Shown in pieces: positions 35,935 through 45,922 of a stretch of DNA of 64,000 bases (the first letter of the stretch is position 1; each line of letters starts with the position of its first letter). Under the pieces are notes generated by a model. It was not told the origin of the DNA. It searched no databases and worked only from the letters and a program-made list of their open reading frames with translations. The position numbers were made by a program, and so were the translations under genes. This DNA is from an uncultured delta proteobacterium (lineage in GTDB: Bacteria; Myxococcota; Myxococcia; Myxococcales; Myxococcaceae). Location: positions 544,001 through 608,000 of the forward strand of contig CAVQKE010000001.1 in the NCBI GenBank assembly GCA_963713045.1. Reading direction: 5' to 3'.

Positions 35935-38155
35935 TCACAAGCCGGGCTGCCTCACCAATGCGGGAATGCCACTCCGCCAGGCTCGGCTGAGCTGAGCCAC
36001 CGTCACATCAAACAGTCCGGGGAGCGTCAGCCGTTCGCCCCCCACCAGCCCCAGCACCGCGCACGGCACGCCTTCGGCGGCGCAGGCCGCCGCCACCTCG
36101 TCCTGAAACGGCGGCGGGAAGGACACCACCACGCGACTCGCGTCTTCACCAAAAAGGTACGCATGGGGTGCCACGCCTTGGAGCGACAGTTGCACCGTAG
36201 CGCCAAGCATGGATTCTTGGTCGGCGATGCAGCACTCGGCCAGTGCGACGGCGAGACCGCCCTCGCTGGCATCGTGGGCACTGGCCAGGGCGCCGGAACC
36301 AACCAGCTGGCGCACCACCTTTTGAAGGCGCCTTTCCCGCTCCGCGTCGAGGCGGGGGGGGCGTCCGGCGAGCCGGTTGTGGAAGGCCAACAGCCACTCA
36401 CTGCCGCCAAGTTCTCCGCGCGTCTCGCCGAGGATGGCGATGAGGTCCCCTGGGCGGCGGAAGGCAAGGCCCACCGTTTTCGTCACGTCCCTCAGCAGCC
36501 CCACCACGGCGACGGTGGGGGTGGGAAGAATCGCCTCGCCATCGGTCTCGTTGTAGAGGCTGACGTTGCCGCTCACCACCGGTACGCCCAGCTCGCGGCA
36601 GGCAGCCGCCAGGCCGCGGGTGGCTTCGGCAAACTGCCACATGATGTCCGGCCGCTCCGGGTTTCCGAAGTTGAGACAATCGGTGAGCCCGAGCGGTTCC
36701 CCACCCCCACAGGCCACGTTGCGCGTGCACTCCGCCACCGCCAGGCGGGCACCTTCATAGGGGTCCAAAAAGACGAAGCGCGCGTTGCAGTCAACGCTGA
36801 GGGCCAAGCCCTTCTCGGTGCGTTCCACCCGCACCACGGCGGCATCTCCCTTCCCGGGCAGGACCGCCGCGCCGAGGCGCACCGTTTGGTCATATTGGCC
36901 GAAGACCCACTCCTTGCTGGCGATGGTGGGCCGGGCGAGCAATCCGAGGAGCGTCTCACCGAGGTCCTTCGGGCCCGGCAGCGACAGCGGGTCGAAGGCT
37001 TGAAGCGCGGGGAGCCAGTCGGGTGCACGGGTGGGACGCTCGTATTGGGGCGCCTGGTCGGTGAGGGGCTTCACCGGCAAGCTAGCCACCTCGCGGCCGT
37101 CGTCGAGAATTCGGAGCGCGGCCGTCGTCGGTGACGCGGCCAATGACCGCCGCATCGAGGTCCCATTTGTGAAAAATGCTGAGGACCTCGGCCTCGTGGC
37201 CCGCTTTGGCGACGAGGAGCATTCGCTCCTGACTTTCGGAGAGCATCACTTCATAGGGCGTCATCCCCTGCTCCCGTCGCGGGACTTTGGCCACGTCGAG
37301 CTCCAGGCCACTTCCTGCCCGGCCGGCCATTTCCACCGAGGAGGACGTCAACCCGGCAGCCCCCATGTCTTGGATGCCCACCAGCGCGTCGGTTTGGAAG
37401 AGCTCCAGGCATGCTTCCAGGAGGAGCTTCTCGGTGAAGGGGTCGCCCACTTGGACGGTCGGTCGCTTGTGCTCCGAGTCCTCGCCGAATTCCGCCGAGG
37501 CCATGGTGGCACCATGGATGCCGTCGCGCCCGGTCTTGCTCCCGACGTAGAGGACGGGGTTTCCGACGCCGCTGGCCGTCCCTTTGAAGATTTTATTCTT
37601 GGGGAGGATGCCAACCGTGAAGGCGTTGACCAGGCAATTGCCGTTGTAGCTCTTGTCGAAAGCGACTTCGCCGCCCACGGTGGGGACGCCGACGCAGTTG
37701 CCGTAGCCGCCAATTCCTCGCACGACGCCCGCCAGGAGCCAGGCCGTCTTGGGGTGCGACGGGTCCCCGAAGCGCAGCGAATTGAGGCTGGCAATGGGCC
37801 TTGCGCCCATGGTGAAGACGTCGCGGAGAATGCCCCCCACGCCGGTGGCAGCCCCCTGGTACGGCTCGATGTAGCTCGGGTGGTTGTGGCTCTCCATCTT
37901 GAAGGCCGCCGCCATGCCGTCCCCAATGTCCACCACACCGGCGTTCTCGCCCGGCCCAAGCAGAACGTGGGGTCCGGTGGTGGGCAACCCTTTCAGGTAG
38001 CGACGCGAGGACTTGTAGGAGCAGTGCTCGCTCCACATCACCGAGAAGATGCCGAGCTCGAGCAGGTTGGGTTCCCGCCCCAACTGCTGGCCGATGAGGG
38101 CGTACTCTGCCGAGGTCAACCCGTGCTGTGAAATGACGTCGGCAGAATGGGCCAT
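35935..38155 (-). CDS. purL: Phosphoribosylformylglycinamidine synthase subunit PurL, frameshift at ~37117 (likely assembly error)
   Basis: [18 protein letters not shown] and QDMGAAG in ORF 37082-38155; DCLNFGNPE and [10 protein letters not shown] in ORF 35935-37155. One extra base between TDDGR and LRILDDG. Confidence 0.93.
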
Positions 38156-38160
38156 CCGAG

Positions 38161-38820
38161 TCAGGCTCCCAGCAGGGCCAGAAAGACGGCGCGGCCGTCG
38201 AGGTTTCCAAGCAGCGTTTCCGAATTGCGCTCCGGATGGGGCATCAACCCGAGCACATTCCCTTGCGCATTCACGACGCCGGCAATGCCGGCGAGCGAGC
38301 CGTTGGGGTTTTCGTCGACGTAACGAAAGGCCACTTGACCGCCATCCTCCAGCCGCCGGCGACCCTCCTCGTCAATAAAGTAACGGCCGTCCATGTGGGC
38401 GATGGGAAGGCGGAAGCTCGCCGTGCGAGACAACCCCTGGGTGAAGCGGTTGGCGCGTCCCTCGGTGCGCACCAGGACGTTGCGGCACAGGAAGTGTTGT
38501 CCGGCATTCTGGAGAAGGACGCCAGGGAGCAGCCCCGCCTCGGTCAATATTTGAAAGCCGTTGCAGATGCCCAGCACCGGGCCGCCCTTTTTGGCAAAGG
38601 CCGCCACCTCCTCCATCACCGGGGAGAAACGGGCGATGGCTCCGCACCGCAGGTAGTCGCCGTAGCTGAATCCCCCAGGGAGGATAAGGTAGTCGCTGCC
38701 GTGGAGGTCGCGGTCTTTGTGCCAGAGGAGCCGCGCCTCGCGCCCGAGGACGTCCCGCACGACATGCAGGGTGTCGTCGTCGCAGTTGCTCCCGGGGAAG
38801 ACGACGACGCCGACCTTCAT
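38161..38820 (-). CDS. purQ: FGAM synthase glutaminase subunit PurQ
   Basis: [32 protein letters not shown]. Confidence 0.97.
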   Translation of the reverse strand: MKVGVVVFPGSNCDDDTLHVVRDVLGREARLLWHKDRDLHGSDYLILPGGFSYGDYLRCGAIARFSPVMEEVAAFAKKGGPVLGICNGFQILTEAGLLPGVLLQNAGQHFLCRNVLVRTEGRANRFTQGLSRTASFRLPIAHMDGRYFIDEEGRRRLEDGGQVAFRYVDENPNGSLAGIAGVVNAQGNVLGLMPHPERNSETLLGNLDGRAVFLALLGA

Positions 38821-38823
38821 GCG

Positions 38824-39066
38824 TTAGCTCGCGAACTCCACCCGGTAATTCTCCACCACGGTGTTGGCGAGCAGCTTCTGGCACATCTCCTCGACACGGA
38901 CCCGGGCGGCGTCCGGGTCCCCATCCGGAAGCTGCACCTCGACGTACTTGCCAAGACGGACCGAGCGCACGTCGGGAAAGCCCAAGGTGTGGAGCGAATT
39001 CTCCACCGCCTTCCCTGCCGGGTCGAGGACGCCAAGCTTGAGCGTGATGTAGACCCGCGCCACCAT
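38824..39066 (-). CDS. purS: FGAM synthase subunit PurS
   Basis: VLDPAGKAV...VRLGKY...KLLANTVVENY; upstream of purQ. Confidence 0.95.
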   Translation of the reverse strand: MVARVYITLKLGVLDPAGKAVENSLHTLGFPDVRSVRLGKYVEVQLPDGDPDAARVRVEEMCQKLLANTVVENYRVEFAS

Positions 39067-39245
39067 GCCCCCTGGCCTCTATCAAGCGCAGCGCGGAGCG
39101 TCCACCCGAGGCAGCTCGGCCGAAATGGCCGGGGCGATGGCGTCCCAAAGCATCAGCCCAAGGTGGTGCCGGTCGGCCCCAGCGCAGCCTCGGGCCGCCT
39201 TCATGAAGCGGTGCCACCGCCGGTTTTCGGACACCACGAATCTTG

Positions 39246-39265
39246 TAACTTCAATGACTTAAGTC
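39246..39265. promoter_or_regulatory. AT-rich IHF-like site overlapping a 10-bp palindrome in the purS/corC divergent intergenic region
   Basis: taacttcaatgacttaagtc: TCAA-N4-TTA partial match to the IHF consensus; gacttaagtc is a perfect palindrome. Confidence 0.3.
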
Positions 39266-39308
39266 GGTTGAGAGCGCGCCGGCCCCGCCCCGCGGTAGAC
39301 AGGTGGGG

Positions 39309-40640
39309 ATGCCGTCTTGGGCGCTGTGGCTCGGCTGTTTCGGGCTCCTCTTGGTGCGGGCGCTCCTGGGTGCGGCCGACGCCGCGCTTTCCGGCATTTC
39401 CGACCTCCGCGCGCACGAGTTGGCGACGGAATTCGGCCGCCGGGGCGCGCGCGTGCTGAAGCTGAAGACCGAGCGGGAGGCCACCGCCGCGGCGCTGCGG
39501 ATGGGGATGGTGCTGAGCGGCTTTCTGGCAGCCGGCGTCGGGGCACTGGCGCCCCCTTCGATGGTGCACCTCGAGCGATTCGGCGAATCCGCCTGGCTGA
39601 GCCTCGGCGCGCCCCTGCTCGGCGTGCTGTTGGTGGGGCTTCTGGCAACCCTGGTGGAAGTGACTGCAAGGGCGGTGGCCTCGAGCGCTCCAGAAACGTG
39701 GGCCATGCGGCTGGCGGGCATCACCAGCGCCTTCGCGGCGGTTCTCGGCCCCATCGGCCGCGGCATGCTGGTCGCCGTGAACCTGTTGGCCGCTCCCTTT
39801 GGGCTGCGGGTCCAATTCGAGAGGCCTCCGCCTCCGCTCGAGGAACTCGAAAGAATGCTCACCGTACAGGCGGAGCAACATGAGGTGGATGCCAGCGCGC
39901 CGCGCCTCATCCGCAGTATTTTTGAGCTCTCCGACAAGGTGTGCCGGGACGTGATGGTACCGCGCACCGACGTGGTGGCGGTGCCGGTGACCACGCCGCC
40001 GCTCGAGGTGCTGCGCACCTTGGCCGAGGAGAACCACAGCCGACTCCCGGTCTTCAAGGACGACATCGACCACGTGGTGGGCGTGCTGCATTCGCGAGAC
40101 TTGGTGCCGCTGCTCCAGCACCCGGAGCTGATTGTGCTGTCCGACATCATCCGGCCAGCCGTCTTCGTGCCCTGGCTGAAGCCGGTGGGCGACCTGCTCA
40201 GGGAAATGCAGGGACGCCGCATCCACATGGCGATGGTGGTGGATGAGTACGGCGGCTTCATGGGCATCGTCACGCTGGAAGACATCCTGCGAGAGATTGT
40301 GGGCGACATCGGCGATGAGTTTGAGGTGCAGGAAACGCTGCTCGAGAGGCAGCCCGACGGCTCCTGCCTGGTGGATGCCGGGCTGGATGTGGAGTCCTTC
40401 GCCCGTGCCTTCGGGACGCCCCTGCCGGAGGGGGACTACGGCACCCTGGGGGGGTACTTGAGCTCGGTGGCGGGCGCCATTCCGGAAGTGGGCGACCGCT
40501 TCACCCTGGACGGCCTGCAATTCACCGTCGCCTCGAAGAAGGGCCAGCGCCTGGACCGAGTCCGCGTTGCGCGCGCGAAGGCAACGGCCGGTGCAAGCGC
40601 AGTGGCCAGCGCAGGGGGCGAAGCGAAAAGCGCAGGCTAG
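39309..40640 (+). CDS. HlyC/CorC (CNNM-CBS-CorC) family membrane protein
   Basis: N-terminal TMs; VMVPRTDV, HSRLPV, VVDEYGG, TLEDILREIVGDI, TLGGY. Confidence 0.93.
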   Translation: MPSWALWLGCFGLLLVRALLGAADAALSGISDLRAHELATEFGRRGARVLKLKTEREATAAALRMGMVLSGFLAAGVGALAPPSMVHLERFGESAWLSLGAPLLGVLLVGLLATLVEVTARAVASSAPETWAMRLAGITSAFAAVLGPIGRGMLVAVNLLAAPFGLRVQFERPPPPLEELERMLTVQAEQHEVDASAPRLIRSIFELSDKVCRDVMVPRTDVVAVPVTTPPLEVLRTLAEENHSRLPVFKDDIDHVVGVLHSRDLVPLLQHPELIVLSDIIRPAVFVPWLKPVGDLLREMQGRRIHMAMVVDEYGGFMGIVTLEDILREIVGDIGDEFEVQETLLERQPDGSCLVDAGLDVESFARAFGTPLPEGDYGTLGGYLSSVAGAIPEVGDRFTLDGLQFTVASKKGQRLDRVRVARAKATAGASAVASAGGEAKSAG

Positions 40641-40688
40641 CCGCCGCAACCCCCGAGGGCCGTCGGCCAGAAAAAGCCCTGGTCCCCC

Positions 40689-40711
40689 GGCTCCCCTTGC
40701 CCAAGGGGGCC
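40689..40711. terminator. Hairpin between convergent genes
   Basis: ggc(t)cccctt-gccc-aagggggcc stem with one bulge. Confidence 0.45.
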
Positions 40712-40712
40712 T

Positions 40713-41630
40713 TCAGCGGCCGAGGAGCGGGTTGAGGGACTCCACCGAGAGTGGCCAACCGTTGCGCTGGGCGGACACCTGCAACGCGCGCATGAAGTCC
40801 GAGGCCGACTGAAACCGCCGGGCTCGGTCGGCGAACAGGCTCTGGCGTACCACCCGCACCAAATAGTCGGGAAGTCCGGTGCGCACCGTGTCCAGCACCG
40901 GCACGCGCGCGTCGCGGACGCGGTGAAGCAGCTCCACGTCGCTTTTGCCCGAAAAGAGGCGTCGGTTGGCGAGCAGCTCCCAGAGGAGAACGCCCGCCGA
41001 GTAGAGGTCGCTCCGCGCGTCCGCCGCCTCGCCCAGCACCTGTTCCGGACTCATGTAAGCAATGGTGCCGCGCAGCGCACCGCTTTCGCCTCGGGGCTGG
41101 CCCTCGAATTCGGCGACGCCGAAGTCGGTCAGCTTGACGTCGCCGGCCACGCTGAGCAGAACGTTGGCGGGGTTCACGTCGCGGTGGAAAATGGGCACCG
41201 CCGGTGTGGCGTCCGCACCCCGGTGCAAATAGTCCAGCGCATCGAGGACGCACCACACCACATAGCCGGCCGCGGGAACCGGCATCGGCGTGCCGGCGTC
41301 AATCAGCAGCTGGAGGAAGTACGCCAGGCTCCGGCCGGGCACCAGCTCCTGCACCATCAGGTAGTCCTGCCCGGCTTTGAAACAGCGGAAGGTGCGGACC
41401 AGGTGCGGGTGCTGAAGGCGCACCGCCAACTTCGCCTCGTCGATGAAGTGCTTCACGTAGCCGCCGTCGTTGCGGTAACTGGGCAACAGGCGCTTCAGCA
41501 CCACCTCATCTGGCTCGCCCTCGCTGCGCTGCGTGCCGGGCAGCGCGCGCGCTTGGTAGACCTCGGCCATTCCGCCGACGGCGAGGCGACCGACAATCTC
41601 ATAGCCCCCGAGCTCCCGTTCCAGCGGCAC
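40713..41630 (-). CDS. Cytoplasmic Ser/Thr protein kinase (kinase domain only)
   Basis: LAVGGMAEV, VVLKRL, HRDVNPAN, DFGVA, YMSPEQ. Confidence 0.93.
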   Translation of the reverse strand: MPLERELGGYEIVGRLAVGGMAEVYQARALPGTQRSEGEPDEVVLKRLLPSYRNDGGYVKHFIDEAKLAVRLQHPHLVRTFRCFKAGQDYLMVQELVPGRSLAYFLQLLIDAGTPMPVPAAGYVVWCVLDALDYLHRGADATPAVPIFHRDVNPANVLLSVAGDVKLTDFGVAEFEGQPRGESGALRGTIAYMSPEQVLGEAADARSDLYSAGVLLWELLANRRLFSGKSDVELLHRVRDARVPVLDTVRTGLPDYLVRVVRQSLFADRARRFQSASDFMRALQVSAQRNGWPLSVESLNPLLGR

Positions 41631-41696
41631 GCAAATATCCTACCGCGGGCGGGCTCACTCTCGGAGGTTCTTGCCCGTTCCGGGGGCCGGCGCCGC

Positions 41697-42641
41697 CTAG
41701 GACTCGCGGCCGCTGGAGCCTCCGCTCGTCTTCAAGACGTTCATGGCGAGCGCAATCATCGAGCCGACGTCGGCGGCATTGGCCGGAAGCACCAAGGTGT
41801 TGGTCGACTTGGCCAGTTCGCCGAATTTACTGACGTACTGCTCGGCCACCCGCAGTCGAACCGCCTCGAAGCCGCCCGGGACGGTGATTGCATCTCCGAC
41901 TTTGCGAATTCCCTCGGCGGTCGCCTCGGCGATGGACAGAATGGCGCGGGCCGAACCTTCGGCCTCGTTGATGGACTGCTGCTTCTTGGCCTCCGAGGCC
42001 TTGATGACTTGCTGCTTCTCGCCCTCGGCGTTGTTGATGGCCGCGTCGCGTGCGCCTTCCGAGGTGAGGATGACAGCGCGCTTTTCGCGCTCGGCCCTCA
42101 TTTGCTTTTCCATCGCCGCCAGCACATCCCGGGGCGGGGTGATGTTCTTGATTTCGTAGCGCAGCACCTTCACGCCCCAAGGCTCGGACGCCTTGTCCAA
42201 TTCGCTGACCACCATGCTGTTGATGTGGGTCCGCTCCTCGAAGGTGCGGTCGAGCTCGATTTTGCCCACCTCGCTGCGGAGGTTGGTTTGGGCCAGCTGG
42301 CTGATGGCGAACAGGTACTGCGACACGCCGTAGGAGGCCCGTTCGGCATCCATCACCTTCAGGTAGAGAACGCCATCCACCGCCACCTGGACGTTGTCTC
42401 GGGTGATGCAAATCTGCTCCGGAATGTCGACCGCGGTCTCCTTCAGCGAATGCCGGTAGCGAATGGCGTCGGCAAACGGGAGGAGCACATGAAAGCCCGC
42501 GCCGAGGGTGTTGTGGTACTTCCCCAGTCGCTCAACGACGTAGGCCTGCTGCTGCGGCACCACCACCGCCGTCCTGGCGACGACGAGCAACACCACCACC
42601 GCCACTGCGGCCACCACCAGCAGTCCAGTCATCGTCCCCAC
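41697..42641 (-). CDS. SPFH/stomatin-like (QmcA/paraslipin) protein
   Basis: VVERLGKY, QICITRDNV, LAQTNLRSEVG, WGVKVLRYEI, QMRAEREKRA. Confidence 0.95.
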   Translation of the reverse strand: MGTMTGLLVVAAVAVVVLLVVARTAVVVPQQQAYVVERLGKYHNTLGAGFHVLLPFADAIRYRHSLKETAVDIPEQICITRDNVQVAVDGVLYLKVMDAERASYGVSQYLFAISQLAQTNLRSEVGKIELDRTFEERTHINSMVVSELDKASEPWGVKVLRYEIKNITPPRDVLAAMEKQMRAEREKRAVILTSEGARDAAINNAEGEKQQVIKASEAKKQQSINEAEGSARAILSIAEATAEGIRKVGDAITVPGGFEAVRLRVAEQYVSKFGELAKSTNTLVLPANAADVGSMIALAMNVLKTSGGSSGRES

Positions 42642-43084
42642 TCCTTCAAGGTCTCTGGACGAATCCAGAGCGTAAAGCCTTCCACCCGCTCCACCCGACA
42701 GCGCGCCCCTTTGGCCAACGTCTTGGGTTCCACGCTTCGCACCGTCCAGCCACTGCCGCGCAGTTCGGCTCGTCCCACCGCACCCGGTGGGAGGTCCTCC
42801 AGCAGCGTCGCCACCTCACCCACCAGAGAGTCGATGGGCGGCAGCGACCTCGCAGTGCCCTTCACCCGGGCGAGGAGCGGTCGCCGCACCGCCAACACCA
42901 GCCCGACCGAAATGCCTGAGAAGAGCAGCCACTGAAGCCAAGGGGGACCGGCCAGGGCCAGCGCGGTGAGGCCGCCCACCAGCAGGGCGCCCAACCCGAA
43001 GAAAACGGCAAAGAAGCCGCCTGGCGTCAGGACCTCGAAGCTCAGTAGCCCGAGCCCGAGAAGAACCCATAGCCACCAGACCAT
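42629..43084 (-). CDS. NfeD-family protein (short form)
   Basis: ATG43084; WWLWVLLG...EVLTPGGF; C-terminal OB fold GRAELRGSGW; upstream of the SPFH gene. Confidence 0.88.
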   Translation of the reverse strand: MVWWLWVLLGLGLLSFEVLTPGGFFAVFFGLGALLVGGLTALALAGPPWLQWLLFSGISVGLVLAVRRPLLARVKGTARSLPPIDSLVGEVATLLEDLPPGAVGRAELRGSGWTVRSVEPKTLAKGARCRVERVEGFTLWIRPETLKEWGR

Positions 43085-43188
43085 GCCCTTTCTGCGCTCC
43101 TCACTCCCGATGCGGCGGGCGACCACCCACACTAACGCTCGCGCGGACCTCGCCGCCAGCGTGTGCGCCGCCCGGGCGCTTCCACACG

Positions 43189-44616
43189 TCACTCCAGCAG
43201 GGAGGCGTACAGCGCTTCGTACCGTGCCGCCGAAACGCGCCACGAGAAGTCCTTCGCCATGCCGCGACGCCTCAGTCCCTCGAGGACGTCCGGGCGAACC
43301 CAGACCTCGAGGGCGCGCTGCAGCGCCCAGGCCAACGCTTCGGGCGCGAAGTGCTGCAGCTTCAATCCATCTCCATCCGGCAATGCCGCGTCGGTGACGG
43401 TGTCGTCCAGGCCGCCGGTGGCGCGGACGATGGGCACCGTCCCATAGCGGAGCGAATACATTTGGTTCAGGCCGCACGGCTCATAGCGCGAGGGCATGAG
43501 GAAGAAGTCCGCTCCGGCCTCCACCAGGTGGGACAATGCGCTGTCGAAGCCGATGCGCACGCCCACCCGGCCAGGAAACTGGGCGGCCAGCGCCAGGAAG
43601 CCCTTCTCATAGCCCTCATCCCCGCGACCGAGGAAGACGAATTCCGCGGCGGCGCGCGAGAGCATCCACGGGACTGCCGCCAACACCAAGTCAATCCCCT
43701 TCTGCGCCGTCAGTCGGCTCACCAGGCCAAACAAGGGACGAGAGGAGAGGCGCTCCGGCTCCAGAAAGCCGAAGCGACGGCGGAGCTCGGCCTTGCACAC
43801 CGCCTTGCCCGCGAAGTCGGAGGCGTCGTAGCGGGCCGGGAGCAGCGGGTCCTTCGCCGGGTCCCACTCCTCGTCGTCGATTCCGTTGAGAATGCCGGTC
43901 AGGCGGTCCGCCCTGGACTGCAGAACGCCCTCCAGCATGCAGCCGTACTCCTGCGTTTGGATTTCCTGAGCGTAGCGCGGGCTGACGGTGGTCAGCGCGT
44001 CGGCGCTGGTGATGCCGGCCTTCATGAAGTTGACGGTGTCGTAGAATTCGAGCCCGCCCGCGTGGAAGAGCGCCCAGGGCAGCCCGAGGTCATCCATCAC
44101 CGCCTTCGGAAAGTTGCCCTGGTAGGCGAGGTTGTGAATGGTGAAGACGGACCGCGCCGTCCCGAGCGAGGTGGGGGCAAAGCCGCCCCGCAGCGCCACC
44201 GCGGCGAGCCCGCATTGCCAGTCATTGAGGTGGATGACATCCGGGGCAAAGCCCATCCGTTGGGCGGCCTGCAGCGCTGCCACTGAAAAGAAACCGAAGC
44301 GGCGGTGCTCGTCCCAGGCAGTGCCGTAGATGGCCGGTCGCTGGTAGTAACCTGGGTGGTCGATGAACCACACCTCATGTCGCGGGCCGGGGCGCGCCAG
44401 CGCCAACCTGGCGCTCTCGACGCCGAAGGGGAACCGGAGCCGGAGGGTGACGTCCGTCGGCACCAGGTCGCCCCGGACGGCCGCATAGAGCGGGGTCACC
44501 ACACGCACCTCGTGCCCCAGGCGGGCCAGGGCCGCGGGCAGCGCCTTGGCCACATCGCCCAGCCCCCCCGTCTTGCTGAAGGGCGCCACCTCGGAGGACA
44601 GGAAGAGGATGCGCAC
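43189..44616 (-). CDS. glgA: Glycogen synthase
   Basis: KTGGLGDV, HLNDWQ, TIHNLAYQG, SRLTAQKG, PSRYEPCGL, TGGLDDT. Confidence 0.96.
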   Translation of the reverse strand: MRILFLSSEVAPFSKTGGLGDVAKALPAALARLGHEVRVVTPLYAAVRGDLVPTDVTLRLRFPFGVESARLALARPGPRHEVWFIDHPGYYQRPAIYGTAWDEHRRFGFFSVAALQAAQRMGFAPDVIHLNDWQCGLAAVALRGGFAPTSLGTARSVFTIHNLAYQGNFPKAVMDDLGLPWALFHAGGLEFYDTVNFMKAGITSADALTTVSPRYAQEIQTQEYGCMLEGVLQSRADRLTGILNGIDDEEWDPAKDPLLPARYDASDFAGKAVCKAELRRRFGFLEPERLSSRPLFGLVSRLTAQKGIDLVLAAVPWMLSRAAAEFVFLGRGDEGYEKGFLALAAQFPGRVGVRIGFDSALSHLVEAGADFFLMPSRYEPCGLNQMYSLRYGTVPIVRATGGLDDTVTDAALPDGDGLKLQHFAPEALAWALQRALEVWVRPDVLEGLRRRGMAKDFSWRVSAARYEALYASLLE

Positions 44617-44684
44617 GGACGAGACGGGACCTCGCCCGAGCCCCGGCGTCAACCCTCTTTCGTCTAAGGTGAGAAAGCTTGCAG

Positions 44685-45302
44685 ATGAGCGCCACCATCA
44701 CCGAAGTCGTGGACCTGTCGGCGGTCCTCGCCTCGGGTTTGAGCGGCGCGGCGCTGGCCAGCAAGAAGCGCTTCGACCTCGGGGGATTGGCCTTTCTCAC
44801 GCTGGTGGCTGGACTGGGCGGCGGCCTCATCCGCGACGTGCTGCTGCAGCAAGGCCTCCCCGTGGCCCTCTCTCACCCGAGCTACCTGTTGGTGGTCATC
44901 GCCGCGGCAGCCATTGGCTACTTCTTCGAAAAACGGGTGTGGCGTGTCCTTCCAGCCGTCGTCGTGGTGGATGCTGCTGGCCTCGGCCTGTATGCCGTCA
45001 TCGGCTGCGTCCGGGCTTCGCAGGCTGGCCTCAGTCCACTTCCCACCGTCCTGGTGGGCGTGCTCACCGCCGTCGGTGGCGGCATCCTCCGCGACGTGTT
45101 GGCCGGTGATGCACCCCTCATCTTCCAACGGGAGGTGTACGCCACCGCCGCCCTTCTGGGCAGTGTCGTCTACGTCGGCCTTCATCGCCTCGGCGTCGGG
45201 CCGGAGGCCGCGGGCGGGCTGGGCTTCGCCTCTGCCACTGGGCTGCGGCTGGTTTCGGTGTGGCGAGGATGGAACATCCCGCGCCTCGGTGGCACGGGTT
45301 GA
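44685..45302 (+). CDS. TRIC cation channel family (UPF0126) membrane protein
   Basis: Duplicated GGGLIRDVLL / GGGILRDVL, DAAGL, EVYA. Confidence 0.92.
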   Translation: MSATITEVVDLSAVLASGLSGAALASKKRFDLGGLAFLTLVAGLGGGLIRDVLLQQGLPVALSHPSYLLVVIAAAAIGYFFEKRVWRVLPAVVVVDAAGLGLYAVIGCVRASQAGLSPLPTVLVGVLTAVGGGILRDVLAGDAPLIFQREVYATAALLGSVVYVGLHRLGVGPEAAGGLGFASATGLRLVSVWRGWNIPRLGGTG

Positions 45303-45310
45303 GGGACGTT

Positions 45311-45907
45311 ATGGTGGACCCGTCCATGAACGACCCCTTTTCCCGCTTCGCCAGCTGGTACGCCGAGGCGATGAAGGTCATTCCCAAGGACCCCGAGGCG
45401 ATGGTGCTTTCCACCGTCGGCCCGGATGGCCGGCCCAGCGCTCGGGTGGTGTTGATGAAGGGCTTCGACGCGGGCGGCTTCGTCTTCTACACCAACCTGC
45501 AATCGCGCAAGGGCCGGGAGCTCGACACCCAGCCGGCGGCGGCGCTCACCTTCCACTTTGGCCCCCTTCGTCGCCAGGTGCGGGTGGAGGGCGTCGTCCA
45601 CCCGGTGTCGGTGGAGGAGGCGGACCGCTACTTCGCCACCCGACCGCGAGGCAGCCAGCTGGGCGCGTGGGCCTCGGCGCAGAGTGAGCCCCTCGATGAA
45701 CGGGCAACGCTCGAGCGTCGCTTCGCTGAGGTGGAGGCCCGTTTCCGCGGACAGAGTGTCCCTCGCCCTCCCCATTGGTCTGGCTACCGCCTGGTCCCGG
45801 ACCGGATGGAATTTTGGTTGGGGCGTGAGGACCGACTCCACGAGCGAGAGGTCTTCAGCCGGGAACGTCCGGGCGCCCCCTGGACGCTGCAATACCTCTA
45901 CCCCTGA
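45311..45907 (+). CDS. pdxH: Pyridoxamine 5'-phosphate oxidase
   Basis: PSARVVLMK, FYTNLQSRKG, RQVRVEG, AWASAQS, EFWLGREDRLH. Confidence 0.96.
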   Translation: MVDPSMNDPFSRFASWYAEAMKVIPKDPEAMVLSTVGPDGRPSARVVLMKGFDAGGFVFYTNLQSRKGRELDTQPAAALTFHFGPLRRQVRVEGVVHPVSVEEADRYFATRPRGSQLGAWASAQSEPLDERATLERRFAEVEARFRGQSVPRPPHWSGYRLVPDRMEFWLGREDRLHEREVFSRERPGAPWTLQYLYP

Positions 45908-45922
45908 GGCAACAGGAGAGGC

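Noticed and set aside
35935..38155. Naturally split two-gene purL
   Set aside because: The second ORF has no credible start or RBS, and a single-base removal restores a normal PurL.
39067..39308. Purine/ZTP/PRPP riboswitch upstream of purS
   Set aside because: I could not find the conserved core sequences of these riboswitches by eye; a covariance search would be needed.
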